Source: an uncultured Smithella sp. (GTDB taxonomy: Bacteria > Desulfobacterota > Syntrophia > Syntrophales > Smithellaceae). From it: a stretch of 64,000 bases of DNA. A program made the position numbers and the translations under genes. The stretch covers positions 130,659 to 194,658 of the forward strand of contig CAZSQS010000001.1 of NCBI GenBank assembly GCA_964608995.1. The letters run 5' to 3'. The notes under the pieces were generated by a model. The model was not told where the DNA came from. It was given only the letters and a program-made list of their open reading frames with translations, and made no database searches. Shown piece by piece: positions 54,579 to 64,000 of the stretch; positions within the stretch are counted from its first letter, which is position 1; the number at the start of each line of letters is the position of its first letter.

Positions 54579-56819
54579 TTATCCCTGCCGTTGGGCGCGA
54601 CAGCCGGAATGTGCCGTCTTCGTGTCGAGAACTTTTCTGATTGCGCCCGCCAGAATTTCACGGGAAAAGGGTTTGAGGATGAAATCCTTGATACCCATGG
54701 TCGCCGCTTTTTCAGGATCGATAAAATCACTGTAACCTGTGCATAGAATAATAGGCTGATCGGGACGAACATTCGTGACCTGCCGGCTCAGATCGCTTCC
54801 GGATATTTTCGGCATCGTCATGTCGGTGATGATCAGATCAAATTTATCCGGATCGGCCTGAAAGAGTCTGAGCGCTTCCCGGCTGTCACAGCAGGCGGTG
54901 ACCGTGTAGCCCAGCGCTGAAAGGTTTCTCTGTGCCAAATCAACCAGGGGCCTCTCGTCATCGACGAAAAGGATATGCTCCGTTCCTCCGGGAATCATGG
55001 TTTTAGCTGAGGTGGCTGCTATCCGGGACGCTGAAGCGCATTGAAGATGCGGAAGATAAATACTGAAGGTCGTTCCCTCATGAAGCGTGCTGGATGCGCG
55101 GATGCATCCGTCATGCTGTTTGACGATGCCATAGACGACAGATAATCCCAGGCCTGTGCCTTTCCCGATTTGCTTTGTGGTGAAAAACGGATCAAATATT
55201 TTATCCATAATGGATGGATCGATTCCGCAGCCGGTGTCTGAAATGCTGAGTTTGACATAAGCGCCGGGTATCAATTGCAAATCGCCTGCCGCGGGCAGCG
55301 TCAGCTCCTCGGTGCAAAGACGAACGGTCAGCACGCCACCTGCTTCGCCCATGGCGTGCGCCGCGTTGGCGCAAACGTTCATCAGGACTTGATGCATGTG
55401 TGTGGGATCGCCGGAAATGGTAAAAGGGATATTTTCAAAACAGGTGTGTATTTCAACGTTTGTCGGGATGATGGAGCGAATCATTTTCAGGGTCTCCTTG
55501 ACAATAATCCGCAGATCCATCGGTTTTCTGTTGTGTTCGGAATGACGGCTGATGGTTAAGATTTGCGCCACCAGATCCTTTGCCCGCAGGCCGGCCGCCA
55601 GAATCTGATCCGTGTAGCGTCGAATTTTTTGGGGATCTCGCTGACAGGCGGCTATTTCCGCATAGCCGATGACAGCGCCGAGAATATTGTTGAAATCATG
55701 GGCAATACCGCCGGCCAGCGTTCCTATCGCTTCCAATTTCTGCGATTCATAGAGTTGTTTTTCGAGCAGCCGTCTGTCTTCTTCGGCCTTTTGAGTTTGT
55801 GTCTCATCCACGATGATCGACAGCAGACAGGATTCGGTGGCCAGTTGGACGGACTCAGCAAAATAGCGGGTTGACAGGATTTTCCCGTCCCTGGTTTTCA
55901 GGCGAACCTCCCGTCCTGCCACGGTTGGACAGGTTTTAAGGATTTCGAGAATGGCGATCCTGGAGGGTTCGTCAATCAGTTGTCCAAGATTGGTGATGCT
56001 CGAATCGATGAGCTCTTCGCGCCGGTAGCCTGTCAATGTTTCAAAAGCCGGATTGATATCCACGATGCGGCCGGTGAGGTGTCGCGTAATGGCCATAGCG
56101 GCGGGATTGGCTTTAAAGACCTTGGCAAAGGTTTCCTCGGATCGTTTAAGCGACTCTTCCGCACGCCGGTTTTCACTGATATCGTTGAAGATCACAACGA
56201 TTTCGCATGTGGGCAGCCGATAGACCGAGTTTTGTTTCCAGCTGCGTCGTCGATCCTCCCGGTAATACCGGGCCGGCTGATATTCGGCAACGCCCGTTCG
56301 CCACACCCGATACAGTAAATCAAACAGGCCAAACTCCCGAATGCCCCGGAAAACGTCGCAGACAGACTTTCCGATGACATCGCGTCGGTCCAGATTTTCT
56401 GAACTGAGCGCCGCTGAATTTATTTCTCGAATCGTGAAGTCTTGTCCATTTGCCCTTGCTTCAAGGATTATGGCGCCGCTGTTCATATGGTTGAAAAGCG
56501 AATTCAGCCGCTGCTCACTTTGTCTGCATTTTTGTTCGGCACGCAGGCGTTTTTGCGTCTGTTGTGAAACAAAGGCTTTCTGAAGATAGAGGGTTGAAAT
56601 GCCCAGAAAAGCGAAGATCAGAAGAACCAAGGCTGCGTTGTGGTTGAGATATTCCCAGGCGAGGATGGCGCAAAGCGGAAGCGCCAAGACCAAAACGGCC
56701 ATCCCCAGCGATTGGTTTAGCGCAGACCTTCCGGCAATCCATGCGCCATAAGCCGCAAGGTTTGGGCCTCGCTCTTGACCGGATGAACAAAAATTGCTCT
56801 TTCGTGGCGGCTGATCCAC
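54579..56819 (-). CDS. Hybrid histidine kinase (2 TM, 2x PAS, HisKA/HATPase, REC); start may be about 56702
   Basis: [32 protein letters not shown]...LIITDMTMP. Confidence 0.9.
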   Translation of the reverse strand: MDQPPRKSNFCSSGQERGPNLAAYGAWIAGRSALNQSLGMAVLVLALPLCAILAWEYLNHNAALVLLIFAFLGISTLYLQKAFVSQQTQKRLRAEQKCRQSEQRLNSLFNHMNSGAIILEARANGQDFTIREINSAALSSENLDRRDVIGKSVCDVFRGIREFGLFDLLYRVWRTGVAEYQPARYYREDRRRSWKQNSVYRLPTCEIVVIFNDISENRRAEESLKRSEETFAKVFKANPAAMAITRHLTGRIVDINPAFETLTGYRREELIDSSITNLGQLIDEPSRIAILEILKTCPTVAGREVRLKTRDGKILSTRYFAESVQLATESCLLSIIVDETQTQKAEEDRRLLEKQLYESQKLEAIGTLAGGIAHDFNNILGAVIGYAEIAACQRDPQKIRRYTDQILAAGLRAKDLVAQILTISRHSEHNRKPMDLRIIVKETLKMIRSIIPTNVEIHTCFENIPFTISGDPTHMHQVLMNVCANAAHAMGEAGGVLTVRLCTEELTLPAAGDLQLIPGAYVKLSISDTGCGIDPSIMDKIFDPFFTTKQIGKGTGLGLSVVYGIVKQHDGCIRASSTLHEGTTFSIYLPHLQCASASRIAATSAKTMIPGGTEHILFVDDERPLVDLAQRNLSALGYTVTACCDSREALRLFQADPDKFDLIITDMTMPKISGSDLSRQVTNVRPDQPIILCTGYSDFIDPEKAATMGIKDFILKPFSREILAGAIRKVLDTKTAHSGCRAQRQG

Positions 56820-57052
56820 AGTTCTTCCTCCCCTCAGAAAGACTCTGTTTCACACAGGTGTAACCGCTTACAACGAACTGGCCAATATCAATAGCTGGAT
56901 AATGAATTTGAAGGAATCATAAAAGGATCGTTCGGCGATGTCAAGCTGAAATAAAAGAACGATGATGCAATGGGGAAACACGGCTGATTGAACAAAACTT
57001 GCATTTGCGGACGTGTCCAGCATAGGAAGATCAAGATAGCGCAAGCAGGCGC

Positions 57053-59794
57053 TTATGCGAATCCGTCTATGATTTCAGTTGGTTGGCTTTCGTCAAGGAT
57101 TTGCCGGATGGCCCGGGCCAGTTCGCTGCGGGAGGCGGGTTTCATGATGAAGGACTTAATGCCCAGCCGGGCAGCTTTTTCCTCATCCATATAGGAGCTA
57201 AAGCCGGTGCAAAGCATAATGCGCTGCTGTGGCCGTACCCGCAGAATCGCTTGGGCGAGATCGCTTCCCGAAAGATGCGGCATGGTCATGTCTGTAATAA
57301 TCAGATCATAATTTTCCGGATCTGCTTTGAAACGCTCCAGCGCCTCGCGGCTGTCTGTAAACGCTGTGACCGAATACCCCAGCGCGCTCAAGTGTGTATA
57401 AGCCAGTTCGGTCAGATCGGCTTCATCGTCAACAAAAAGGAGGCGCTCGGTGCCGCCCGGAATGTTTTCATCCGTCCGGAGGCGCGGTTCGATGGTGGCC
57501 TGTTCGATGAGAGGCAGAAAGATGTGAAATGTTGCACCCTTGCCCGGGCGGCTTTCCACCTGGACCGCGCCGCTATGGTTTTTCACGATGCCGTAAACAA
57601 CGGACAGGCCCAGCCCGGTGCCTTTGCCGATGTCTTTGGTGGTGAAGAACGGGTCGAATATACGGGGAAGAATTGTCTCGTCAATGCCGGGGCCCGAGTC
57701 GGCTACCGTCAGGCGAACGTATTGACCGGGGCGCAAGGAATGTTCTTCCGTCAAAGGGGCGGCATCTATTGATTCCGTGGACAGCGAGATTGTCAGCTGT
57801 CCGCCCTTTTCCCCCATGGCCTGAGCGGCATTGGTGCACAGGTTCATGACGACCTGATGCATCTGGGTGATGTCCGCTAAAACTGTATAGGCCTGGTTGG
57901 CGATTTTTTGCCGGATGTCAATCGTTTTGGGCATGGTGGCCCGCAGAAGCTTGATTTCTTCCTTGACAATCAGTTTCAGATCAATCGGTCTTTTGTCTTG
58001 TTCGACGTGACGGCCAAACGCCAGAATCTGATTGACGAGATTTTTGGCGCGCTCCGCCGCCACTAAAAGTCTTTTGATATTTTCATGTTGCATAGGCTGA
58101 TCGTGGCTGTCGCGGATGAGTTCCGCATATCCCATGATGGCGGCGAGGATATTATTAAAGTCATGCGCGATGCCCCCGGCCAGCGTTCCCACAGCTTCCA
58201 TCTTCTGGGCCTGAAACAGTTGCTTTTCGAGTTTGAGCCGCTCCTCTTCCGCTTTTTTGCGCTCGGTGATGTCCCGCGCGACAAACAAAATACCCGAGGG
58301 TTGTCCGTTTTCTGTTAAAAGCTGAGAGCGGACATCCACAATAAAGGGCTGGCCGGAGAGATTTTTCATCTCCCACTCGAAACTGAACGCATCGGCTACG
58401 CCATTGCGCCGTTTTTCCATCAGGGCTTCCTGCACTGGGCGGTATTGGTCCGGTGTAAAGTCTGTAATGCTCACGCCCACCGGGTCGAGCCCCTGCAAGA
58501 GGTCATAGACAGCTTTGTTGGCGAAGGTAATGCAGAGGTTCAAATCCGTTGTTATAATAAAGTCATAGGCGCATTCCGACACCATCTGATACCGTTGATT
58601 GCTCTCTTGCAGCGCCCGCTGCGCTTTTCTCTGATCTGTAATATCACGGATAACATGCGCGATACCGATTACTTCTCCCTCGGTGTTGACGGCCGGATCT
58701 GCAACGATATATAAGACGCGGCCATCTGTCTCTTCAAGCTCCGTCACTTCTCGCGTTTTACTTTTCAGGCAGCGCACAAGCGGGCAATGGTCGATGGGAC
58801 ACGTGGCGTCGTGCACCAGTGCATGGCATTTTTGACCTTTAATCGTTTTGATATCCCGATGAACAAACTCCGCGAAGGCCCGGTTTGATTTTTCAATGCA
58901 ACCCTCCGGTGTCAGAAAGACCATGGGGTCGAGCATGGCGTCAAACGTACTTCGCCACTTCTGGCTGGCTTCACGGATTTCTGTTTCAGCCTTTTTGCTT
59001 AACGTAATATCGCGAATATTGCCGATGACCCGGACGACCCGTCCTTCAGAGCGCTCAGTCTTTCCGATCGTGCGAATCCATTTTTTATGTCCTTGCGGCG
59101 TTTGAAGTTGCACTTCAAAGTCAAAGTCGAGGCCGTGGTGGATGGCGTCAGAAAAGGCATTTTTGAGAAGATCGCGTGTTTTTGCATCATAGAACAGGCT
59201 GCTCCAGTTTGCCTCATTCGGATTAAAGCTCTGGGGCACCTCGTAGATGCGATAGGTTTCAAGGCTCCAGGTCAATTGATCTGATAAAACATCATATTCC
59301 CACCCGCCTGTATGGGACAGAGCCTGAATGTCGTTGAGCATTTTTTCATTTCGGCGCAACAGGGCTTCAGTGGCTTTTTGTTCGGCCATCTGATCGTGCA
59401 GGCGCGCTGTGCGCTGAGCCACCATCTTTTCCAGACGGGCCGAATACGCTTGATTGAGGCTGCGCTGCACCCGTTCTTCCAGAATGACGGCCAGCATAAA
59501 ACAGAAATTGTTGAGATAATCCCGGTAGGGGGCAAAAGCCGCCTCATCAGAAATTTGCAGGATCAATTCCCCTTGGCAGGCGTTTCCAACCATCAGGGGA
59601 AAATGATCGGTGTTTTCGTCGGGGCTGTCCTCCCGACAGGGGCTGTGCCGGACGGAGACAATGCCCGGAATATCCGAAAGTCCCCGGCAGACAAAACTAA
59701 AAATAGTCTTTTCATCGGGCAGTCCGGCGAGGATGCTCTGCATCAGGAGCAATTGGCCAAGAATTTCTGCCTTCAGGACGGTCTGTTGCTTCAT
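57053..59794 (-). CDS. Hybrid histidine kinase (GAF-like N-terminus, 3x PAS, HisKA/HATPase, REC)
   Basis: [32 protein letters not shown]...LIITDMTMP; cytoplasmic. Confidence 0.93.
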   Translation of the reverse strand: MKQQTVLKAEILGQLLLMQSILAGLPDEKTIFSFVCRGLSDIPGIVSVRHSPCREDSPDENTDHFPLMVGNACQGELILQISDEAAFAPYRDYLNNFCFMLAVILEERVQRSLNQAYSARLEKMVAQRTARLHDQMAEQKATEALLRRNEKMLNDIQALSHTGGWEYDVLSDQLTWSLETYRIYEVPQSFNPNEANWSSLFYDAKTRDLLKNAFSDAIHHGLDFDFEVQLQTPQGHKKWIRTIGKTERSEGRVVRVIGNIRDITLSKKAETEIREASQKWRSTFDAMLDPMVFLTPEGCIEKSNRAFAEFVHRDIKTIKGQKCHALVHDATCPIDHCPLVRCLKSKTREVTELEETDGRVLYIVADPAVNTEGEVIGIAHVIRDITDQRKAQRALQESNQRYQMVSECAYDFIITTDLNLCITFANKAVYDLLQGLDPVGVSITDFTPDQYRPVQEALMEKRRNGVADAFSFEWEMKNLSGQPFIVDVRSQLLTENGQPSGILFVARDITERKKAEEERLKLEKQLFQAQKMEAVGTLAGGIAHDFNNILAAIMGYAELIRDSHDQPMQHENIKRLLVAAERAKNLVNQILAFGRHVEQDKRPIDLKLIVKEEIKLLRATMPKTIDIRQKIANQAYTVLADITQMHQVVMNLCTNAAQAMGEKGGQLTISLSTESIDAAPLTEEHSLRPGQYVRLTVADSGPGIDETILPRIFDPFFTTKDIGKGTGLGLSVVYGIVKNHSGAVQVESRPGKGATFHIFLPLIEQATIEPRLRTDENIPGGTERLLFVDDEADLTELAYTHLSALGYSVTAFTDSREALERFKADPENYDLIITDMTMPHLSGSDLAQAILRVRPQQRIMLCTGFSSYMDEEKAARLGIKSFIMKPASRSELARAIRQILDESQPTEIIDGFA

Positions 59795-59806
59795 AGACTT
59801 TCATGC

Positions 59807-60472
59807 CTAATGATATTTCAGGAATTCTTCCGGCTCAATGTAGAACGGGTTATGCACGACAACACTTCGAACCACCATCAGGGGATGCACTTTCAAAACA
59901 TCCATGATCGTGGCCCCGTCAAATACACGGGCGTCATACTGACACACGGTCGTTACCGGATATTGACGCTGCAACTGACTGACACGCGCCTCATACTCCA
60001 AAAGCCGCTCTCCGCCCGGAATAGCCTGCACTTGAGGCACCATCTCTCCGATGACACGCGCCGCTGAAAATCCCAACTGTATGGATTGTTCGTAATATTC
60101 ACGAAGCAGACTGATCATGTCTTCAGGGTCAAAGCATTGATTCCGGAAATAGACATCTTCGGTTGGGGACAGGGCCAATGCTCTGGCATCACGCGCCTGC
60201 ATATAAGACACACCATGTTTTCTCAGGAAGACTTCGATTTTTCGTTCGCTGATTTTACTGGAAAAACAACTGGTTCGCTCTTTCGACACGACGCCGCTTA
60301 AGACAAATCGCAAAAGAGAATCGTCCCGTTCGCCGTCTGTGCTGAAGATCTGGCAGATATGAACGCCAGGCGTAAACTTTTGTGATGTAAAACCAAGTGA
60401 TATGTTTCCTGTGCCGTTTTGCATCATGACGCACCCCCATGACGAATGAATGATACGTTGTTGCGGGTTCAA
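59807..60472 (-). CDS. Stand-alone MEDS (DcmR-like sensory) domain protein
   Basis: GVHICQIFSTDGERDDSLLRFVLSG...ARVIGEM...LLEYEARV...VCQYDARVFDGATIMDVLKVHP. Confidence 0.85.
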   Translation of the reverse strand: MNPQQRIIHSSWGCVMMQNGTGNISLGFTSQKFTPGVHICQIFSTDGERDDSLLRFVLSGVVSKERTSCFSSKISERKIEVFLRKHGVSYMQARDARALALSPTEDVYFRNQCFDPEDMISLLREYYEQSIQLGFSAARVIGEMVPQVQAIPGGERLLEYEARVSQLQRQYPVTTVCQYDARVFDGATIMDVLKVHPLMVVRSVVVHNPFYIEPEEFLKYH

Positions 60473-60670
60473 AATGGTTTACGCGGCAAAATACAATTCA
60501 CGAGATAACATCGACAGAACTGCGAAAAAACTTGAAAAAAGAAATTTATGGGGCCGGCCGGAGGATCATTAAGCGTAAGGCCGGTAAAATCCATAGATCG
60601 CTTCCTGCATCAGGGCCGGGCGGTGGGGGATTGTTGTTAATACGCTGATAATAAAAGTATTTATAGAAAC

Positions 60671-60697
60671 GCAGGGAGCGCTTTAGCGGCTCCCTGC
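60671..60697 (-). terminator. Hairpin downstream of the Fn3 lipoprotein gene
   Basis: GCAGGGAGC-N9-GCTCCCTGC. Confidence 0.6.
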
Positions 60698-60713
60698 TTG
60701 TGCGGTTTATCGA

Positions 60714-61109
60714 TCATTTGGAGTGTGTGACTTGGGAGGTAAAAAGGCTTTCGTTGCCGGAGTCGTCATAGGCCGTCACAGCAAAGTAATAGGTTCCGGA
60801 GGCCAGGTTTAACACATGCGACGTCGCGCCCGCGTTCGGGATATTGACTTTTTGCGTATAGCCGCACATGCCGCACATTTTGGGGTCGTCGCCCGTTCTC
60901 GGAGATGTCCCGTAATACACATTATAACCGGACAGGCCGGTTAAGGCGCCGCCTCCCTCGTCCGTGGCCGGGGCATTCCAGCTCAACGTAAAAGCGACGG
61001 TTGGCGTTGATCCGCCACCTGAATCGCCGCTTCCCCCGCCGCAGGCAAAAAAAAGGATGGAAAGCGAAATTAGTGCAACACTTTTTGCTACTCTGAGTTT
61101 CCAGCGCAT
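60714..61109 (-). CDS. Fibronectin type III-like lipoprotein
   Basis: LFFAC lipobox, Gly/Ser linker, TLSWNAP...LSGYNVYYG...GTYYFAVTAYD..GNES. Confidence 0.85.
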   Translation of the reverse strand: MRWKLRVAKSVALISLSILFFACGGGSGDSGGGSTPTVAFTLSWNAPATDEGGGALTGLSGYNVYYGTSPRTGDDPKMCGMCGYTQKVNIPNAGATSHVLNLASGTYYFAVTAYDDSGNESLFTSQVTHSK

Positions 61110-61417
61110 AGCGTTCCTCCGTTTTTGACTTCTTTATGGATATGTTGTTTAAGTGATGTTTCAATACCGTTAAAAATATTGTCCGACATTAAGCCAATTT
61201 CAAACGGATGTCAATCATCGAATCGGTGGATCGAACAGCTGAGCAAGATTACCCGGCGAAGAAAGGGAAGGTTCATCTGCCTGCATGGCTCATGTAAGGC
61301 AATATATTGAAAAAATTGATCGATTGGCCAAAATTCATCTTGACATCGTGATGGGTCTTTGCAAGATTACGATCCCTGATTTTTTTTCATACATCATAGC
61401 ATTCAAGGAGGCAAGAG

Positions 61418-62224
61418 ATGATCGGCAAGCAGATTAGGATGGAGCGTATTATGAACCGTGAAAATGGAAGGACATTGATCGTTCCCATGGATCACGGCGT
61501 GTCGTCGGGGCCCATAGCCGGCCTGGTGGATATGAAAGACGCCATCGGCAAAGTGGTGGACGGCGGGGCCAACGCGATTGTCATTCACAAAGGCGTTGTC
61601 CGGCAGGGACATCGCGGACGCGGCCACGACGTCGGCTTGATTATTCATCTGTCTGCCAGCACGTCGCTCAGCCCCGATCCCAATTCCAAAGTTCTGGTCT
61701 GCTCGGTCGAAGAAGCCATTAAACTCGGTGCGGATGGTGTCTCCATCCATGTTAATATCGGCGCGGATGACGAAAAAGACATGCTCAGGGATTTTGGAGA
61801 AGTGGCCAAGCAGTGTCAGACCTGGGGCATACCGCTTCTGGCGATGATGTACACGCGCGGCAAGAAAATCAAAACGGAAAGCGATGTCGAAGTTGTCAAG
61901 CACGCGGCGCGCGTGGCCGCCGAACTGGGTGCGGACCTGGTCAAGGTCAATTATACCGGCGATGCGGAAAGTTTCCGTTCTGTTGTGGATGGCTGCGGTG
62001 TTCCCGTGTTGATCGCCGGGGGTGAAAAGGCCAAAAGTGATGTGGATGTGTTGAAAAACATCAAAAATGCGATTTCGGCCGGGGGCGGTGGCGTGTCCAT
62101 TGGCCGCAATGTCTTTCAGCATGAAAATCCCACCCGGATGATTAAGGCGACCAAAGCGATCATTCATGAGAATGCCAGTGTCGAGGCCGCCCGAGCCATT
62201 CTGGAAGGGAAGGCGAAAAAATGA
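61418..62224 (+). CDS. aroA': 2-amino-3,7-dideoxy-D-threo-hept-6-ulosonate synthase (AroA', class I aldolase/DhnA family)
   Basis: [60 protein letters not shown]; coupled to AroB'. Confidence 0.88.
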   Translation: MIGKQIRMERIMNRENGRTLIVPMDHGVSSGPIAGLVDMKDAIGKVVDGGANAIVIHKGVVRQGHRGRGHDVGLIIHLSASTSLSPDPNSKVLVCSVEEAIKLGADGVSIHVNIGADDEKDMLRDFGEVAKQCQTWGIPLLAMMYTRGKKIKTESDVEVVKHAARVAAELGADLVKVNYTGDAESFRSVVDGCGVPVLIAGGEKAKSDVDVLKNIKNAISAGGGGVSIGRNVFQHENPTRMIKATKAIIHENASVEAARAILEGKAKK

Positions 62225-63216
62225 AAACCGTGTGGCTGGATTGCCGAAACTGGCAGAAGGATCTCGTGACCACGGCCATTGAAAGCGGTGTGGATGCGGT
62301 GGTGGTCGCGCCCGGCGATGTGGAAAAGGTCAAAGCGCTGGGGCTCATTTCCGTGATTGCCGGGGCGGAAAACGCCGATCTGAAACTGGGTCAGGATGTT
62401 GTTGAAATTATCATTAAGAATAAGAAGGATGAAGAGCGCGTCGCTTCATTGACGCGGGAAATGGCGATTGTGGAGGGGCAGGACTGGACCATTATTCCCT
62501 TGGAGAATATCATCGCGCAGGGCGCTAAAGTGGTGTTCCCGGTGACCTCCCTTGAGGAGGCCAAAGTGGCGCTCACCATTCTGGAAAAGGGCGTCTGGGG
62601 AATACTCATCCGGGCGGAGCGGCCCGCCGTGGTCAAAGAGATTGTTCAATACGCCAAGGGCCTCGGGTCGGAACTGGCGCTTTCGGAGTTCATCATCAAG
62701 GATGTCCGGAAAGTCTCGATGGGCGACCGGGTGTGTATCGATACGATCACGGATATGAAGCAGGGCGAAGGCATGCTCATTGGAAACTACAGCCATGCGT
62801 TTTTCCTGGTGCACGCCGAAAGCGTTGAAAACCCCTATGTCGAGCCCCGGCCCTTCCGTGTCAATGCGGGCGCCGTGCATGCCTATATCCTGATGCCGGG
62901 AGGTAAAACCAAATATCTCGACGAGCTCAAGACTGGCGATGATGTTTTGATCGTCAATCAAAAAGGCGAAAGCTTTGCCTCGAGTGTCGGGCGGCTCAAA
63001 ATCGAGAAACGCCCCATGCTCAATATCGTGGCGGATGCGGGGGGAAAAGACGTCTCCCTCATTTTGCAAAATGCAGAGACCATCCGTCTCACCCGGCCTT
63101 CAGGCGAGCCCATCTCCGTGGTCAAACTGGCCAAGGGGGACAAGGTTTTAGGTTATGCCGAGGAGGGGGGCAGGCACTTCGGTTTTAAAATTAAAGAAAC
63201 GATCAACGAGAAATAG
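62221..63216 (+). CDS. aroB': 3-dehydroquinate synthase type II (AroB')
   Basis: [71 protein letters not shown]. Confidence 0.95.
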   Translation: MKTVWLDCRNWQKDLVTTAIESGVDAVVVAPGDVEKVKALGLISVIAGAENADLKLGQDVVEIIIKNKKDEERVASLTREMAIVEGQDWTIIPLENIIAQGAKVVFPVTSLEEAKVALTILEKGVWGILIRAERPAVVKEIVQYAKGLGSELALSEFIIKDVRKVSMGDRVCIDTITDMKQGEGMLIGNYSHAFFLVHAESVENPYVEPRPFRVNAGAVHAYILMPGGKTKYLDELKTGDDVLIVNQKGESFASSVGRLKIEKRPMLNIVADAGGKDVSLILQNAETIRLTRPSGEPISVVKLAKGDKVLGYAEEGGRHFGFKIKETINEK

Positions 63217-63224
63217 TCTTTTGC

Positions 63225-63279
63225 AAAAAACCGGGAGTTGCGGCGTCTTCCCAACGAGACGCGGCAACTCCCGGTTTTT
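63225..63279. terminator. Bidirectional intrinsic terminator between aroB' and asd
   Basis: AAAAAACCGGGAGTTGC...GCAACTCCCGGTTTTT. Confidence 0.8.
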
Positions 63280-63281
63280 AT

Positions 63282-64000
63282 TTACACCAGTTTCAGATAA
63301 TGCTTCACCAGATACTCGGCCGTTTGCAGTGCGCCTTTGGCCGCGCCCAGCTTGGTGTTGTGCGCCAGGCAGACGTACTTGATGCCGTTTTCCAGAATCG
63401 GGTCTTTGCGGACACGCCCCACGGTGACGGTCATGCCGCCGCCCTTGTCGCGATCCACGCGCGGCTGCGGACGAAACGGATCTTCCGTGACGTCGATGAG
63501 GTGCTCGGGCGAGCTCGGCAGGTGCAGCTCGGCGAAATCCTTGCCGTAGTCCGTCATGACTCTTTTTACGTCTTCGGGCGTGCAGGGTTTTTCGGTTTGC
63601 ACAAACGCGCACACCAGATGGCCGTCGATGACCGGCACGCGGTTGCAGGCGGCGGTGATGCCAAAGGGCGCATTGGCAATCCGATCGCCCATCAGTTTTC
63701 CAAGGATCTTCAAGGGCTCCGTTTCCACCTTGGGTTCTTCGCCGGAAATGTAGGGAACGACGTTTTCCGTCATATCCATGGCTGAGAGCCCCGGCGTGCG
63801 GCCCGCGCCCGACATGGCCTGCATGGAGGTTGCGATGACCTGTTTGACACCGAAGTTGTCCAGAATCGGTTTGAGCGAGATGACCAGTCCCGCGATGGTG
63901 CAGTTGGACTTGGGCGAAATGAATCCCTTCCATCCGCGGTTTTTCTGCTGAATGGCCAAAAGGGCCGCATGCTCCATATTGACGCCACCGACCAGAATCG
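63282..64000 (-). CDS. asd: Aspartate-semialdehyde dehydrogenase, archaeal/fungal-like subtype (5' end outside the window)
   Basis: Frame open to the window edge (ILVGGVNMEH); QQKNRGWKGFISPKSNCT, TSMQAMSGAG, YISGEEPKVETE, CNRVPVIDGH, LAHNTKLGAAKGA. Confidence 0.92.
   Translation of the reverse strand, partial: ILVGGVNMEHAALLAIQQKNRGWKGFISPKSNCTIAGLVISLKPILDNFGVKQVIATSMQAMSGAGRTPGLSAMDMTENVVPYISGEEPKVETEPLKILGKLMGDRIANAPFGITAACNRVPVIDGHLVCAFVQTEKPCTPEDVKRVMTDYGKDFAELHLPSSPEHLIDVTEDPFRPQPRVDRDKGGGMTVTVGRVRKDPILENGIKYVCLAHNTKLGAAKGALQTAEYLVKHYLKLV

Noticed and set aside
61284-61299. TGGCTCATGTAAGGCA as a sigma-54 promoter for aroA'
   Set aside because: It fits GG-N10-GC but deviates at both conserved flanks and has no enhancer support; likely chance.
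1-64000. rRNA, tRNA, IS/transposase, integrase or prophage genes
   Set aside because: None recognised in the intergenic gaps or ORFs by eye; a tRNAscan/ISEScan run would confirm.

Overview
Gene-dense, GC-rich bacterial chromosome segment. Gene content (Sec-type UGA, sigma-54 circuitry, many PAS hybrid kinases, archaeal-type aroA'/aroB') suggests an anaerobic deltaproteobacterium, perhaps Syntrophales/Smithella-like; this is inference only. Housekeeping genes: nadA, metH, pyrE, nnr, rimO, ftsK, plsC, livHMGF, aroA'/aroB', asd. Other genes: a TolC/TetR/HlyD/ABC efflux operon, four hybrid histidine kinases, diguanylate cyclase domains and a two-gene toxin-antitoxin-like module. The standout is 18.3-23.7 kb, a tandem duplication of a secreted PETase/cutinase-family alpha/beta hydrolase (GWSMGGG; Ser-Asp-His). 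Each copy has an unusual N-terminal (WW[F/Y]ST-polySer)x2 tether, its own terminator, its own sigma-54 -24/-12 promoter and a 12-bp-periodic upstream repeat array at identical spacing. The pair lies next to a divergent GAF-PAS sigma-54 activator, so it may be an inducible extracellular polyester/lipid depolymerisation module. Other highlights: a hidden selenoprotein (UxxC peroxiredoxin-like, with a SECIS-like hairpin), a DUF1638-kinase-HPt-REC-GGDEF chimera preceded by a methyltransferase-gene remnant, and an AT-rich orphan gene pair. I recognised no rRNA, tRNA, CRISPR array or transposase. Family assignments come from motif recognition by eye; no database searches were run.
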